Shown: positions 38,232 to 48,524, numbered from the stretch's first letter. The stretch: 64,000 nucleotides of DNA from Thermoproteota archaeon (GCA_030550585.1 JAUQPB010000001.1:512001-576000), one strand, 5' to 3'. Notes: generated by a model from the sequence alone, not told the origin. A program made the numbers and translations.

Positions 38232-38735
38232 ATGAAAGCCCTCGGAGCCTTTATTGTGTTTCTCCTTGCATTTGTAACATACATAGTATTCACAGGTAGT
38301 ACATCACCATATGATATCGTTACAGGCTTTGTTGCCGCGCTGATAACGGGTCTAATATTTTCACATATAACTGTTAAAAACCCTGCCAAGGTGTTTAGTC
38401 CTCGTCGCTGGCTCTACGCAATTATCTATGCATTCAAATACATTATTGTGTATGAGACGCTGGCACATGTAGATGTAATAAAAAGGATACTACATCCTAA
38501 GGTGCCTGTGAACCCAGCGGTGGTGAAGGTACCATTCTATGTAAAGACAGGCTATGGCATTACAGCTGTTGCAAATAGCATAACAAATACCCCTGGCACT
38601 GTGGTTCTCGAGGTTGATCAAAATGAGGGTGTTTTCTATGTTCATTGGATAGATGCTAAAGTGCTAGAGCCTGTTGAGGCACGCAAGCAAGTTTCTGAAG
38701 CTTTTGAAGAATATTGTAAAAAGATTTTTGAGTAG
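38232..38735 (+). CDS. Mrp antiporter subunit E-like (MbhA)
   Basis: NPAVVKVP, ANSITNTPGT, YVHWID. Confidence 0.9.
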   Translation: MKALGAFIVFLLAFVTYIVFTGSTSPYDIVTGFVAALITGLIFSHITVKNPAKVFSPRRWLYAIIYAFKYIIVYETLAHVDVIKRILHPKVPVNPAVVKVPFYVKTGYGITAVANSITNTPGTVVLEVDQNEGVFYVHWIDAKVLEPVEARKQVSEAFEEYCKKIFE

Positions 38736-38739
38736 GGTG

Positions 38740-40335
38740 ATGGATATGGCCGATTACCTGTTACATATAGTTGGGATGGCCACACCAATTCTAGTTTTGT
38801 TGTCATTTGCAATACCAGTCATAAGCAAGGCATTCAAAAGTAAACGTGCACCGTTTGTGGCAGCTATGATAGGTGGTATATACGCTGCTGTAGCATCTGT
38901 GCTGGCTCTCTATATGGTTTACAAGGATAACAGTCCCCTGGTTTACATGTATGGAGGTTGGCCTCCACACTTTGGGATAGCCTATGAAATAGACTATTTT
39001 AATGGTCTCATAGGAGTCTTTACAGCTCTAACAATGTTAGCTATAATGCTCTACTCGCTTTGGTATGAGCACCATATAGATGAGCCAACATGGTACTTCG
39101 CGCTTCTCCTAGGGTTAGAGGCGGGCATTCTTGGATGCCTATACACGGGCGATGCATTCAACTTGTTTGTTATGATAGAAGTTCTAAGCATATCGGCATA
39201 TGGGTTGGTGGCATATCATAGAGATAGGCCAGAGGCTGTTGAGGCTGCGGCTAAATACATTTTAATAGGGGCTGTTGCCACAATAATGTATTTTATAGCA
39301 GTAGTTCTACTTTATGCAGGATTTGGCACTGTCAACATGGCTATACTATCTAGAATTGCGATGCGCCCAGAACTACCACAGTCACTAAAATATCTTGCAA
39401 TGTTATCGATTTCACTTGCGTTATGGGTCTTCACATATAAGTCAGCTTTATTCCCTAACCACTTCTGGCTTCCTGATGCCCATCCAGAGGCTCCTACACC
39501 AATCTCCGCTGCTCTTTCTGGTCTTGTTGTTAATGTAGGTGTTTATGCATCTGCAAGGTTTCTATACACGTTGTTTGGAGACGGCAGTGCCGTTTCTGGT
39601 TATAGAGAATTTGTGTTGCTAGCTCTATTTGTGCTTGGCACAGTAAGCGGGGTTCTAGGAGCTTTAATGATGATGATACAAAGAGATGTTAAGAGGCTGT
39701 TAGCATATAGCACAATATGCCATATAGGCATAATCTATGTAGGTCTTGCAGCAGGATTCGCAATTGGAAGTGCAGAAGCTGTTAAACTTGCTCTCATGGG
39801 AACATCAATTCATATTGTAGCACATGGCATCTCCAAGGCTGTTCTCTTTATGGCTAGCGGCATCTTCATAGATGCTACAGGTTCTAGAGACCTCGATGCG
39901 ATGAAGGGTGTCGGCAGAAGATATCCACTGGCGTCTCTATCGCTGATACTTGGGTTCCTAAATCTTGCTGGGCTAATACCGTTTATGGGCTTCTACTCAA
40001 AGCTTCTAATTGCTTTGAGCTATCTGAAGATAGGGTTTGTTCTAGGTACAATCCTAATTATAGTTATATCTGCTCTCTCCATACCAGGATACATGAAGGC
40101 TATTTCAGCTATAGTCTTTGGTGTTGGAGAAGCAAAGGAGGGTAGGGTTGCTGGGCGTTGGGTAGAGGTAATGCTTCTCATAATGTCTTTGTCGACACTA
40201 TTTATAGGCATATTCTTTCAACAAGCTGCATATATTTTTGACTATTCCTCCAATTCCTTGGTTTCAGGAGTTCAAAATTATGTAGATGCTGTTATTAAGA
40301 AAATACCTCCAGAACTGAGGGGGTGGATACCATGA
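38740..40335 (+). CDS. Mrp antiporter subunit D-like proton-translocating subunit (MbhH)
   Basis: GGWPP.FGI, TGDAFNLFV.IE, HFWLPDAHPEAP, KRLLAYST, GFYSK. Confidence 0.93.
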   Translation: MDMADYLLHIVGMATPILVLLSFAIPVISKAFKSKRAPFVAAMIGGIYAAVASVLALYMVYKDNSPLVYMYGGWPPHFGIAYEIDYFNGLIGVFTALTMLAIMLYSLWYEHHIDEPTWYFALLLGLEAGILGCLYTGDAFNLFVMIEVLSISAYGLVAYHRDRPEAVEAAAKYILIGAVATIMYFIAVVLLYAGFGTVNMAILSRIAMRPELPQSLKYLAMLSISLALWVFTYKSALFPNHFWLPDAHPEAPTPISAALSGLVVNVGVYASARFLYTLFGDGSAVSGYREFVLLALFVLGTVSGVLGALMMMIQRDVKRLLAYSTICHIGIIYVGLAAGFAIGSAEAVKLALMGTSIHIVAHGISKAVLFMASGIFIDATGSRDLDAMKGVGRRYPLASLSLILGFLNLAGLIPFMGFYSKLLIALSYLKIGFVLGTILIIVISALSIPGYMKAISAIVFGVGEAKEGRVAGRWVEVMLLIMSLSTLFIGIFFQQAAYIFDYSSNSLVSGVQNYVDAVIKKIPPELRGWIP

Positions 40336-40691
40336 GAATAGCTAAGATAGTGGATCCTTTCACAGCTATATACCTAATAACAGTTTTCACTATAGCAATT
40401 CTAGCAGTAACCATAGCAGTATATTACACATTGAAGTCTAAGCGCGTTCGCATAACATCTGTTTATCTAGGTGGGGAACCCGAAAATGTTGTATCGATGA
40501 TAACGCCAAGTGTTGGAGCATTGTACTGGGGTTTTATGAAAAGATTTGCAAAGCATTTATATGAAGCTCTTGTCGAGAAAATACATACTGGCAGTCTACA
40601 TGATTGGCAGAAATTCATATCATCTTGGCTCGCCATACTAATTATAATCTCCATAATATCCTTTGTGCTATTCACTTTATTTGCAAGGTGA
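40332..40691 (+). CDS. MbhI-like membrane anchor subunit
   Basis: YLGGEP, LYWG, HTGSLHDW pattern; two TM helices; ATGA overlap. Confidence 0.75.
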   Translation: MRIAKIVDPFTAIYLITVFTIAILAVTIAVYYTLKSKRVRITSVYLGGEPENVVSMITPSVGALYWGFMKRFAKHLYEALVEKIHTGSLHDWQKFISSWLAILIIISIISFVLFTLFAR

Positions 40692-40696
40692 CAAAA

Positions 40697-41677
40697 ATGA
40701 ATGAGATAATACTCATCTTAATAAGCATTTTAATATTCCCAGGACTACTATTCCTAGTTGTACTATCTTTCCTGACGCAGTATGCTGTGAGAAAGCTAAG
40801 TGCTAGGTATCAGAGAAGGATGGGGCCAAGCTATGTTGGCCCCCTAGGGATTTTACAGCCATTCTATGACTTCTGGAAGCTACTCAGATCCAAGGAGATT
40901 GTTAAGAATAAATATAGCTTGGTAAGTGCAGCAGAGATTTCTCTGCTTATCGGAATATCCTCTATTGTCGCATCTGTAGTTCTTCTACCACTTAGCCTAT
41001 ACAACATTGTCTCTGATTTCGATATACTGATATTCTTCTACATGGCCAGCGTCGTGCCATTGTTCATGATGGTTATAGCATCTCTCTCAATGCCAGGTCC
41101 ATACACCAGCATGGGGGTTTCAAGACTCTTATCCCTAGCAACGCTATCGGAGCCAACATACTTTGCAAGTCTAATCATTCCAGTATATCTGGCAACAAGG
41201 CAAAGCGGAGTTTTCATGAGTATAAGCTCAGCATATAGAAATGTACTGAGTATATGGCTTGATCCTAGAGGAGCAGTTATAATGGTACTATGTTTAATAG
41301 CATATATTGTAGCTGTGCAGGCCAAGTCAATGTACCAGCCATTCAACATACCCGAGGCAGAGCAAGAGATTATAGCAGGCTACGAAACAGAGTTTTCAGG
41401 CCCTCTTCTAGCACTAATGAATCTATTCCATGATATGGATCTAGCGGTGTCTCTAATCATTGGAGTTTATCTATTGTTTGGAGGCCCACTTCCATATAGC
41501 CACACATCACCTCAAGGTATATTAATGATAATAATTAAGTATTTAATACTATTAGTGGTGGTAACATTGATAAAGAATATTATGGGGCGATACAGAATAG
41601 AACAAGGATTAGCACAGATTCTAAAATATGGACTGGTACCATCGATAATGGCATCAATACTAACATTTCTATTCTAA
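40697..41677 (+). CDS. MbhM/NuoH-like membrane subunit
   Basis: RKLSARYQRRMGP, QPFYDFWKL, PFNIPEAEQEI.AG..TEFSG, RYRIEQ. Confidence 0.93.
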   Translation: MNEIILILISILIFPGLLFLVVLSFLTQYAVRKLSARYQRRMGPSYVGPLGILQPFYDFWKLLRSKEIVKNKYSLVSAAEISLLIGISSIVASVVLLPLSLYNIVSDFDILIFFYMASVVPLFMMVIASLSMPGPYTSMGVSRLLSLATLSEPTYFASLIIPVYLATRQSGVFMSISSAYRNVLSIWLDPRGAVIMVLCLIAYIVAVQAKSMYQPFNIPEAEQEIIAGYETEFSGPLLALMNLFHDMDLAVSLIIGVYLLFGGPLPYSHTSPQGILMIIIKYLILLVVVTLIKNIMGRYRIEQGLAQILKYGLVPSIMASILTFLF

Positions 41678-41854
41678 TCAATTTCTAGATGTAGCTTTTG
41701 TTATAGTATTTAGTATCTGCAAGAGATTAAATGTGATTAATTAGAATAGGAGAATTGACATAGTTAAAACATAAGTAGAGGCAAATTAAAGATTCGAACA
41801 AAAATAAAAAATGGTTTAAAAAGTTTTGTTTTTACATGGGTGTGTTTGTTTTGT

Positions 41855-42040
41855 TTAGCTGCATTCTGGGTAGTCGTCTGGTACCTTAGCTCTGAAGTAC
41901 TTTCCTGATGCCGGGTCTTGGAACAGCCCTATCTTAACTCCTTTCCTACCCTTTGGAGATAGGCTCCAAACCTTCTTTGGAACCAGCTCCTTCTCCCCAC
42001 CATCAGGCAGCTTAACCTTAACAGGCTTTGTACAGGCCAT
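41855..42040 (-). CDS. creN7: Chromatin protein Cren7
   Basis: [39 protein letters not shown]; GGTGG SD and T-rich terminator downstream. Confidence 0.95.
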   Translation of the reverse strand: MACTKPVKVKLPDGGEKELVPKKVWSLSPKGRKGVKIGLFQDPASGKYFRAKVPDDYPECS

Positions 42041-42404
42041 TCAAACCACCGAAAAAAGATAAAGAGAAAAACAAGCTTAAAAACATGGCGTAAAGGCATA
42101 AGCTAAAAAGTTGTGGCTGAAGACCACGTATTAGTGTTTTATGGAATCTAGTCAAATGATATAAAACATTAAATTAAGGCCGATAAACACATTCTATAGT
42201 AATAAAAAATTTTAGCCAGGACTTGAATCAAATCAATGTGTGGCATACTGATGATAGAGGGATCACTATTAGTATGAACGTAATAATGGCTAGCAACATC
42301 GTGTCAAGTTTCTGTTGACTTATTTTCCATATTTGTCCCTGTAACTCAAGATCATTTTTATTTTGAAATAAAGTAAAATTCATATGCTATATATAGGTGA
42401 TAAT

Positions 42405-42908
42405 ATGGATGTAAAGGTAAAGAAGGCTATAACATTTTCAATTATAACTATTGTTGTTCTAGCAACGGTGTTTGCACTATTGATGCTAAACACTATTGCT
42501 GTTCAAAATCAGCAGAGTAGCTTTGGACTATGTGCAATGAAGGTGGACAATAAAGTATATTTACTATATTTAGCAGACAGCCCAGCTCTATGGGCAGAAG
42601 GATACAAAAACAAAGATAGTATAGACTTTATGAAGGTTGGAGCGATCGGAATAATTTTCATGAATAAGAATGGGTGGTATGAAGATATATTGATAACCAT
42701 GGAAGACGTCAAAGTGAATTTCTCGATTTACTTGATTGTAGAAATTGGGAACAAGCTATATATCGTAAAGCCAACTGTTAGCAGAGTATCAGAATACATC
42801 TTCAAAATAAGCAACCCATATCCAATGCTAGGAGCAAAGACAGTAGCATTTGTTGAAATGGATCCAATTACTGGTGTAAAGGAGGTGGAGCTAACATGCA
42901 CAAGATAA
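42405..42908 (+). CDS. Membrane-anchored hypothetical protein, DUF192-like
   Basis: N-terminal TM helix; YLADSP..WAEG..N.DS.....GIIF resembles DUF192 VADT...RGLM..GMLF; GGTGA SD before ATG 42405. Confidence 0.6.
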   Translation: MDVKVKKAITFSIITIVVLATVFALLMLNTIAVQNQQSSFGLCAMKVDNKVYLLYLADSPALWAEGYKNKDSIDFMKVGAIGIIFMNKNGWYEDILITMEDVKVNFSIYLIVEIGNKLYIVKPTVSRVSEYIFKISNPYPMLGAKTVAFVEMDPITGVKEVELTCTR

Positions 42909-43032
42909 AACATTATTCAACTAGGATAAGGCTTAAAGAAATTATGCACGTCTCTAAACAAAGTCCAGTAGTATTGGTCGACCAAGTAACATATTCCTGG
43001 TTTTGTTAAAACAGAAACAGAACTGGGGTTAG

Positions 43033-43106
43033 TGGGCCCGCGGGGATTTGAACCCCGGACCTCCGCCTTGTAAGGGCGGCGTCCTACCAGACTAGACGAC
43101 GGGCCC
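43033..43106 (-). tRNA. tRNA-Val(TAC), CCA not encoded
   Basis: Reverse complement GGGCCCG...CCGCC-CTTACAA-GGCGG...GGTTCAAATCC...CGGGCCCA. Confidence 0.97.
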
Positions 43107-43196
43107 CTTTTACCTGCACCTCTTTTTATAGTTACTAATTTGAGGTTGGGTTATTAGCTTTTTAGTTAATTTGCTTGAAAAGACAAATTAATAATC

Positions 43197-43529
43197 CTAG
43201 TATTCTCTCCATGTGTGTCCGCATTTTGCGCATTTATAGAATGTTGTTGGAGGCTCATCTGCAGCTCTTGTCTGCATTTGCCATGCATATACCTCTTCGC
43301 TTCCGCACTTTGGACACCTCACATGACCTTTCACCAATGTTGCTGTTGGCGGTGCTGAAACTGTTGACGAATCAACTACCGTTAGCCTTTCTTTTTCGTT
43401 ATGTGATATCGATTTTGTCATAACCACTTTATTACCGAGGTTTCTGGTCTCATAACCGCATTTTGGGCATCTGTAAACTTTTTTCGTTTTATCGAATATA
43501 AGTAATGTTCCGCATTTTGGGCAAAACAT
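43197..43529 (-). CDS. tfs: Transcription factor S (cleavage-stimulating)
   Basis: MFCPKCG, CPKCG, QTRAADEP.T.FYKC..CGHTWRE with intact DE. Confidence 0.96.
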   Translation of the reverse strand: MFCPKCGTLLIFDKTKKVYRCPKCGYETRNLGNKVVMTKSISHNEKERLTVVDSSTVSAPPTATLVKGHVRCPKCGSEEVYAWQMQTRAADEPPTTFYKCAKCGHTWREY

Positions 43530-43595
43530 TTTGATTTCACTACTACTTTATTTGAAGATTATATTCACTTTGTTTTTCAGCTAAAAAGCTTAAGT

Positions 43596-44168
43596 TTAAT
43601 AAAAGAACTCCTCATTTCGTATGTGAACTCCTAGATCAAATACGTTTTTAACTATTGGTGTAAGCATTTTTCCTTTCTTTAGAAGAGATTCAATTTCTTT
43701 TAGATCATGCAGGGCAATACCTATGCCTATGGCAGTATAGTCATCTCTATCTATGACTGCAACAGGCCTACCTTTTAAAATCGGTGGCAAACCCTCTTCA
43801 AAGGATGCCAAAAGCAGGTCATTACCATAAAGAAACGCCTTAACGCCTTGGGGCTTCGCTACAATGCCGCAGCCAACCTTTTTTGCAAATCCTTTTATAA
43901 AGTTATATAAATGTGGCGATGGAATGAATCTACCTCCCCATATCCAACCAGCCAACATACCTGTGCCAACAACATTAACACTGCGTAGAGATTTAAGCAA
44001 TGTGTTGTCAAATCTTGCAGGGTATAGCATAACCTTTGTCCAGCCTTTCAACGATGAGAAAAGAGCCATATGAAAATTGTTTTCAAGGCTACTTACAGCA
44101 TACTCATCAAAACATGTTCTTATGAATTCTATCAATTCGCTAAATATAGTCTCTTTTTCAAAGGCCAT
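43596..44168 (-). CDS. NIP7-like PUA-domain protein
   Basis: FLYGNDL, AIGIG, KNVFDLG.HIR; usual neighbour of eif5a. Confidence 0.75.
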   Translation of the reverse strand: MAFEKETIFSELIEFIRTCFDEYAVSSLENNFHMALFSSLKGWTKVMLYPARFDNTLLKSLRSVNVVGTGMLAGWIWGGRFIPSPHLYNFIKGFAKKVGCGIVAKPQGVKAFLYGNDLLLASFEEGLPPILKGRPVAVIDRDDYTAIGIGIALHDLKEIESLLKKGKMLTPIVKNVFDLGVHIRNEEFFY

Positions 44169-44487
44169 ACATTCTTTCAGCCAATTTTACTATGTATAGA
44201 AAATCCATAACAACGTTCTTGTCAACTTTCCTTTTATCTATTTTCGCATCCCATATGCTGTCCCACACATCAAGAACTTTGCTACTGCCATTCAAATAGT
44301 CGCACACAAGTTCTACAGCCTCATCCAATGTCTCTATGTCCCACTTTTCAATTTCTTTGAATCTATTGTCTACCTTTGCCGAAACTTCTTTAATAAATTC
44401 TACATAGAGATTGTATAGAGTGTCTGCATCAACATAATCTCTATTTGAGAGCATCTCAAGACTTTGCCTAATCTCCTCTAAACCCAT
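44158..44487 (-). CDS. Hypothetical acidic helical protein
   Basis: ORF overlapping the PUA gene start; ATG 44487 preferred to track start 44526. Confidence 0.65.
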   Translation of the reverse strand: MGLEEIRQSLEMLSNRDYVDADTLYNLYVEFIKEVSAKVDNRFKEIEKWDIETLDEAVELVCDYLNGSSKVLDVWDSIWDAKIDKRKVDKNVVMDFLYIVKLAERMYGL

Positions 44488-44573
44488 TTTGATTTCACTA
44501 CCAGTTTCACAAAATCTTATTAGCAAGCGAATAGCTTATATCTCTACACAAAAATAAGCTATTCGGTGATTTT

Positions 44574-44969
44574 ATGAGTGTAGACTATGCAGAGCTTGGA
44601 GACCTGAAAGAAGGAAGCTATGTTGTCATAGATGGGGAGCCCTGCAGGGTAGTCGAAATATCAAGAGCTAAAACGGGGAAGCATGGTAGTGCAAAGGTTC
44701 ATTTGGTTGCAATAAGCCTGTTTTCCGGTTCTAGAAAAACGCTTGTAGGGCCAGCCGACCAAAGAGTGGAGGTTCCGATAATAGATAAGAGGATAGGGCA
44801 GGTTGTAGCAGTATTGGGAGACAAAATACAGGTTATGGACACTGAAACATTTGAAACATTCGAAGTTGATGCGCCATCAGATGAGAGTGTTAGGGCTAAG
44901 ATAGCTCCAGGAGTTGAAGTCGAGTACTGGAGTGCCATGGGAAGAAGATTCATTGTCAGAGTCAGGTAG
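44574..44969 (+). CDS. eif5a: Translation factor aIF5A
   Basis: KTGKHGSAK hypusine loop. Confidence 0.98.
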   Translation: MSVDYAELGDLKEGSYVVIDGEPCRVVEISRAKTGKHGSAKVHLVAISLFSGSRKTLVGPADQRVEVPIIDKRIGQVVAVLGDKIQVMDTETFETFEVDAPSDESVRAKIAPGVEVEYWSAMGRRFIVRVR

Positions 44970-44988
44970 GCATTGATAGGATTGCGAA

Positions 44989-46344
44989 ATGAGCTCAGTC
45001 TTAGACTCTCTAAAAAAACTTGTCGCGGATTTTTTGCGTGGTAAAGACCCTTATGAGGTAGCCGTTGAAAACTTTATTAAAGAGCTTCAAAAAACGCTTT
45101 TAAAAGCCGATGTAAATGTAAAGCTTGTTATACAACTTACAAACTCGATTAAAGAAAGAGCACTCAAAGAGAAGCCACCCCCACTTGTTTCAAGGAATGA
45201 GTGGTTCATAAAAATAGTATATGATGAGCTATCAAATCTTTTTGGTGGTGATGTAAAGCCTCAGATATTTCCACAGAAAACACCATATGTAATAATGCTT
45301 GTGGGCGTTCAAGGATCAGGTAAAACAACTACAGCAGCAAAGATAGCATATTTCTATAAGCGGTATGGATACAAACCCTGCCTCATATGTGCCGACACAT
45401 ATAGACCTGCAGCCTATGACCAGCTTAGTCAGCTCAGCAAGCAAATTGATGCACTTTTTTGTGGAGACCAAAAATCAAGTGATGCTGTGGAAATTGCTAG
45501 GAAATGCGTTGATTGGTGTATAAAGCAGGGCTCTAATATTGTAATAATAGATACTGCTGGCAGACATGGATATGGGGAAGAGGAGTCGCTGCTAAAGGAG
45601 ATGCAAGAAATAGCCAAGGCTGTGAACCCTGATGAGATAATGATGATTCTCGATGCGTCCATGGGGCAAAAAGCATATGAGTTAGCACTTAGATTCCACT
45701 CAGCAACGCCAATAGGCTCCATAACTATTACAAAACTCGATGGAACTGCTAAGGGTGGTGGCGCATTATCAGCTGTTGCAGCAACAAAAGCAACTATAAA
45801 GTTTATCGGAACTGGTGAAAAGATACCAGAGATAGAGGTTTTCGAGCCTAGAAGATTTGTTGGAAGGTTGCTGGGCTTAGGAGATATATCCTCGCTAATA
45901 GAGAAATTCAAATCGATTGAACATAGTGAAAAGATCGAGAAGAGATTTGCAAAGGCGCTGTCTACAGGCAAGATAACTCTTGCTGACATATACCTCCAGT
46001 TACAGACAATGAAAAAGCTTGGCCCCTTAGCCAAAATAATCCAGTTAATACCAGGTCTATCAATGCTGCCGATAGATGATAAGCAGATGAAACTCACTGA
46101 AGAGAGGATGAAGAAATGGCTAGCCATAATGGATTCTATGACATTTGAAGAGCTTAGAAATCCAAACATAATTGATAAGAATAGAATGCTAAAAATCGCT
46201 ATAGGATCTGGAACAACAGTTGAGGATGTCAAAGAGCTCCTCAAATACTATGAGCTTATGAATACCATGATAAAGAATGTCAAGAGAAGAAAAACATTAT
46301 TAAGGAGATTTGGAATAGATCTAACAAAAATTGAAGAAGAGTAG
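44989..46344 (+). CDS. srp54: Signal recognition particle protein SRP54
   Basis: GVQGSGKTTT, DTYRPAA, DTAGRH, TKLDG.AKGG, M domain IMDSMT. Confidence 0.98.
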   Translation: MSSVLDSLKKLVADFLRGKDPYEVAVENFIKELQKTLLKADVNVKLVIQLTNSIKERALKEKPPPLVSRNEWFIKIVYDELSNLFGGDVKPQIFPQKTPYVIMLVGVQGSGKTTTAAKIAYFYKRYGYKPCLICADTYRPAAYDQLSQLSKQIDALFCGDQKSSDAVEIARKCVDWCIKQGSNIVIIDTAGRHGYGEEESLLKEMQEIAKAVNPDEIMMILDASMGQKAYELALRFHSATPIGSITITKLDGTAKGGGALSAVAATKATIKFIGTGEKIPEIEVFEPRRFVGRLLGLGDISSLIEKFKSIEHSEKIEKRFAKALSTGKITLADIYLQLQTMKKLGPLAKIIQLIPGLSMLPIDDKQMKLTEERMKKWLAIMDSMTFEELRNPNIIDKNRMLKIAIGSGTTVEDVKELLKYYELMNTMIKNVKRRKTLLRRFGIDLTKIEEE

Positions 46345-46367
46345 CAAAATATATTCATGGGAAGAAA

Positions 46368-47663
46368 ATGGAAAGCGTAATAGACACTACCATAAAGCTT
46401 CTGGAAAAGTACCCACTATGCAATAGATGCTTAGGTAGACTATTTGCACGTTTGGGAAGGGGCCTTGGTAATGATGAGCGTGGGAAGGCACTGAAAATAG
46501 CGTCTCTGCTTGAACTACACAAAAAGATCTTAAACGGCAACAAGGAGTTAATCGATACGGCGAAAAGAGTTGCATTGAATAGCAAGCTCGAGTCAAAAGA
46601 GCTTCTCAAACTTTTTGGTGTTGAGCCCCCCACAAATCCATTAAAGTGTTATATATGTGAGGATAGACTTGATAATATCATTAATAGTTTTGCAGAGATT
46701 GTTACAAAGATAGTGAATGAAAAGAATATAGAGAGCTTCATTATAGGGGTGAAGGCTCCAGAGGATCTAATCAAAAGAGAAAACATCTTAGTAAGAGAAT
46801 ACCGGTTAGCGTATTGGGAGAGTATAAAAAGAGAGATAAAGAGGGAGGTAGGAAAAAGGGTTCAGACAATTACAAAGGCTAGGGTCGATTTTGACGACCC
46901 TCAGACAATATTCATAATAGATTTAAATGATAATACTGTTAAGGAAGAGGTGAGATCTCTTCTTGTCTATGGAAAATATAGAAAATTGGGTAGATTGATT
47001 TCGCAGAATATATGGATTGGAAAGGATGGGAAGAGGAAGTATTCTTTATCAATAGAAGATGTTGCAAAACACTCGCTTGAATATGTTAAAGCCTCTAGCG
47101 TTGTTTTGCATATTGGGGGTAGGGAGGATACTGATGTCAGGGTAATCGGGGATGGAAGGCCAATAGTTCTGGAATACAAATCTCCGAATAGAAAAGATAT
47201 TGATTTGGCTTATCTAAATAAGGTGCTGAACTCCTACACCCCATGGATTCAGTTCAACATCAATATGAGAGTCAAAAAAGCCTTTGTCTCGCGACTAAAA
47301 AGCTTTGCTGGGCAAGCATACAAAATTTATAGAGCTCTGATATTCTCCGAGCAGGAAATTACCGTAGAAAAGCTTCAATCACTAGAGAAATTCTTTGAAA
47401 ATAAGTTGATTCTGCAGAGAACCCCTACGCGGGTTCTTAGAAGAAAAAGTGATAGGCTTCGCAAAAAGATGGTGCACCAAGTAAAAACAATTCTTATTTC
47501 GCCACATATCTTCCTAGCACTTATAAAATGTGATGGAGGCTTATATGTGAAAGAATTGATAACAGGCGATAATGGTAGGACATCGCCAAGTTTCTCAGAA
47601 TTTCTAGGATCGCCACTACAATGCTTAATGCTAGACGTGATGCACGTTCATGAATATATATAA
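46368..47663 (+). CDS. pus10: tRNA pseudouridine(54/55) synthase Pus10
   Basis: LCNRCLGR, GRED.DVR..G.GRP catalytic motif, QRTP.RV, GGLYVKELI.GD.GRT. Confidence 0.94.
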   Translation: MESVIDTTIKLLEKYPLCNRCLGRLFARLGRGLGNDERGKALKIASLLELHKKILNGNKELIDTAKRVALNSKLESKELLKLFGVEPPTNPLKCYICEDRLDNIINSFAEIVTKIVNEKNIESFIIGVKAPEDLIKRENILVREYRLAYWESIKREIKREVGKRVQTITKARVDFDDPQTIFIIDLNDNTVKEEVRSLLVYGKYRKLGRLISQNIWIGKDGKRKYSLSIEDVAKHSLEYVKASSVVLHIGGREDTDVRVIGDGRPIVLEYKSPNRKDIDLAYLNKVLNSYTPWIQFNINMRVKKAFVSRLKSFAGQAYKIYRALIFSEQEITVEKLQSLEKFFENKLILQRTPTRVLRRKSDRLRKKMVHQVKTILISPHIFLALIKCDGGLYVKELITGDNGRTSPSFSEFLGSPLQCLMLDVMHVHEYI

Positions 47664-47717
47664 GGGTATTCAAAAGGTTTTTATGTAGTTAACGATTTTT
47701 TGTAGGTTGTTCGGATT

Positions 47718-48113
47718 ATGGTCAAAGCACCCCAAGGATTGAGACACAGAACAAGAAAACTGATGAAGAAGAGTGTTAGAGAGAGGGGAGCAATCCCTCC
47801 ACTTAGCAGAGTGCTAATCGAGTATAGAGTAGGTGATAAAGTCTACATAGATGTTAATCCAGCGATACACAGAGGGATGCCCCACAGAAGATACATTGGA
47901 AAAGTTGGCAAAGTAGTTGGGTTTAGAGGTAGAGCACTTATAGTAGAGGTAGAGGTTGGCTCAAAAATCAAGAAACTTTTCTTGTTGCCGGAACATGTAA
48001 AGCCGGCTTTTGATGTTAAGGAAAGAGTAAGCGAATTACTACAGAAACTAGCTGAAATATCAAAGGCTAGGAAAGAGCAAAGGACAATAATGTTGAAACT
48101 TCTAAAAAAGTAG
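47718..48113 (+). CDS. rpl21e: 50S ribosomal protein L21e (eL21) with C-terminal extension
   Basis: G.RHRTR, GMPHRRY.G, PEHVKP. Confidence 0.96.
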   Translation: MVKAPQGLRHRTRKLMKKSVRERGAIPPLSRVLIEYRVGDKVYIDVNPAIHRGMPHRRYIGKVGKVVGFRGRALIVEVEVGSKIKKLFLLPEHVKPAFDVKERVSELLQKLAEISKARKEQRTIMLKLLKK

Positions 48114-48168
48114 TCTTCTGATGTAACTAATCATCGGATTCTATGATATATTTTTAGAGGGATGCAAA

Positions 48169-48513
48169 ATGCCATACGAGATTATAGAGTATCACGATAT
48201 CCCCAATTCGATAGCAAAAAGAATTCTCGAAAAATATATCGCAAATTTGAGAGGAGAGGCATCAGAAATTGTGAAGGTAACACTCGAATATTTGGATAAA
48301 GTTGAGAAATGTGATTATGAAAAGATAGAGAATTTGTATAATGAATTGAAGAAATTTGGATTTAAAGAGACAACACTTGCAATGATTCTAAATATTCTTC
48401 CGAGATCGGTTGATGAACTTAGAGCTCTTCTTGTCTTCGAGGATAGAGTTCCAGAGGAGGATGTACTAAAGAATGTTGTAGAAATTATTTCAAATACTTG
48501 TAAAACAGAGTAA
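48169..48513 (+). CDS. rpo4: DNA-directed RNA polymerase subunit Rpo4 (F)
   Basis: TLEYL, NILPRSVDELR HRDC-like motif; conserved rpl21e-rpo4-DUF655-ksgA order. Confidence 0.88.
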   Translation: MPYEIIEYHDIPNSIAKRILEKYIANLRGEASEIVKVTLEYLDKVEKCDYEKIENLYNELKKFGFKETTLAMILNILPRSVDELRALLVFEDRVPEEDVLKNVVEIISNTCKTE

Positions 48514-48524
48514 AAAGACAGCCC

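Noticed and set aside
42248-42300. CTGATGA C-box-like motif
   Set aside because: No D or D' box downstream
33128-43106. tRNA-bounded hydrogenase region as a mobile island
   Set aside because: No integrase, transposase or direct repeats, and it contains the core gene creN7
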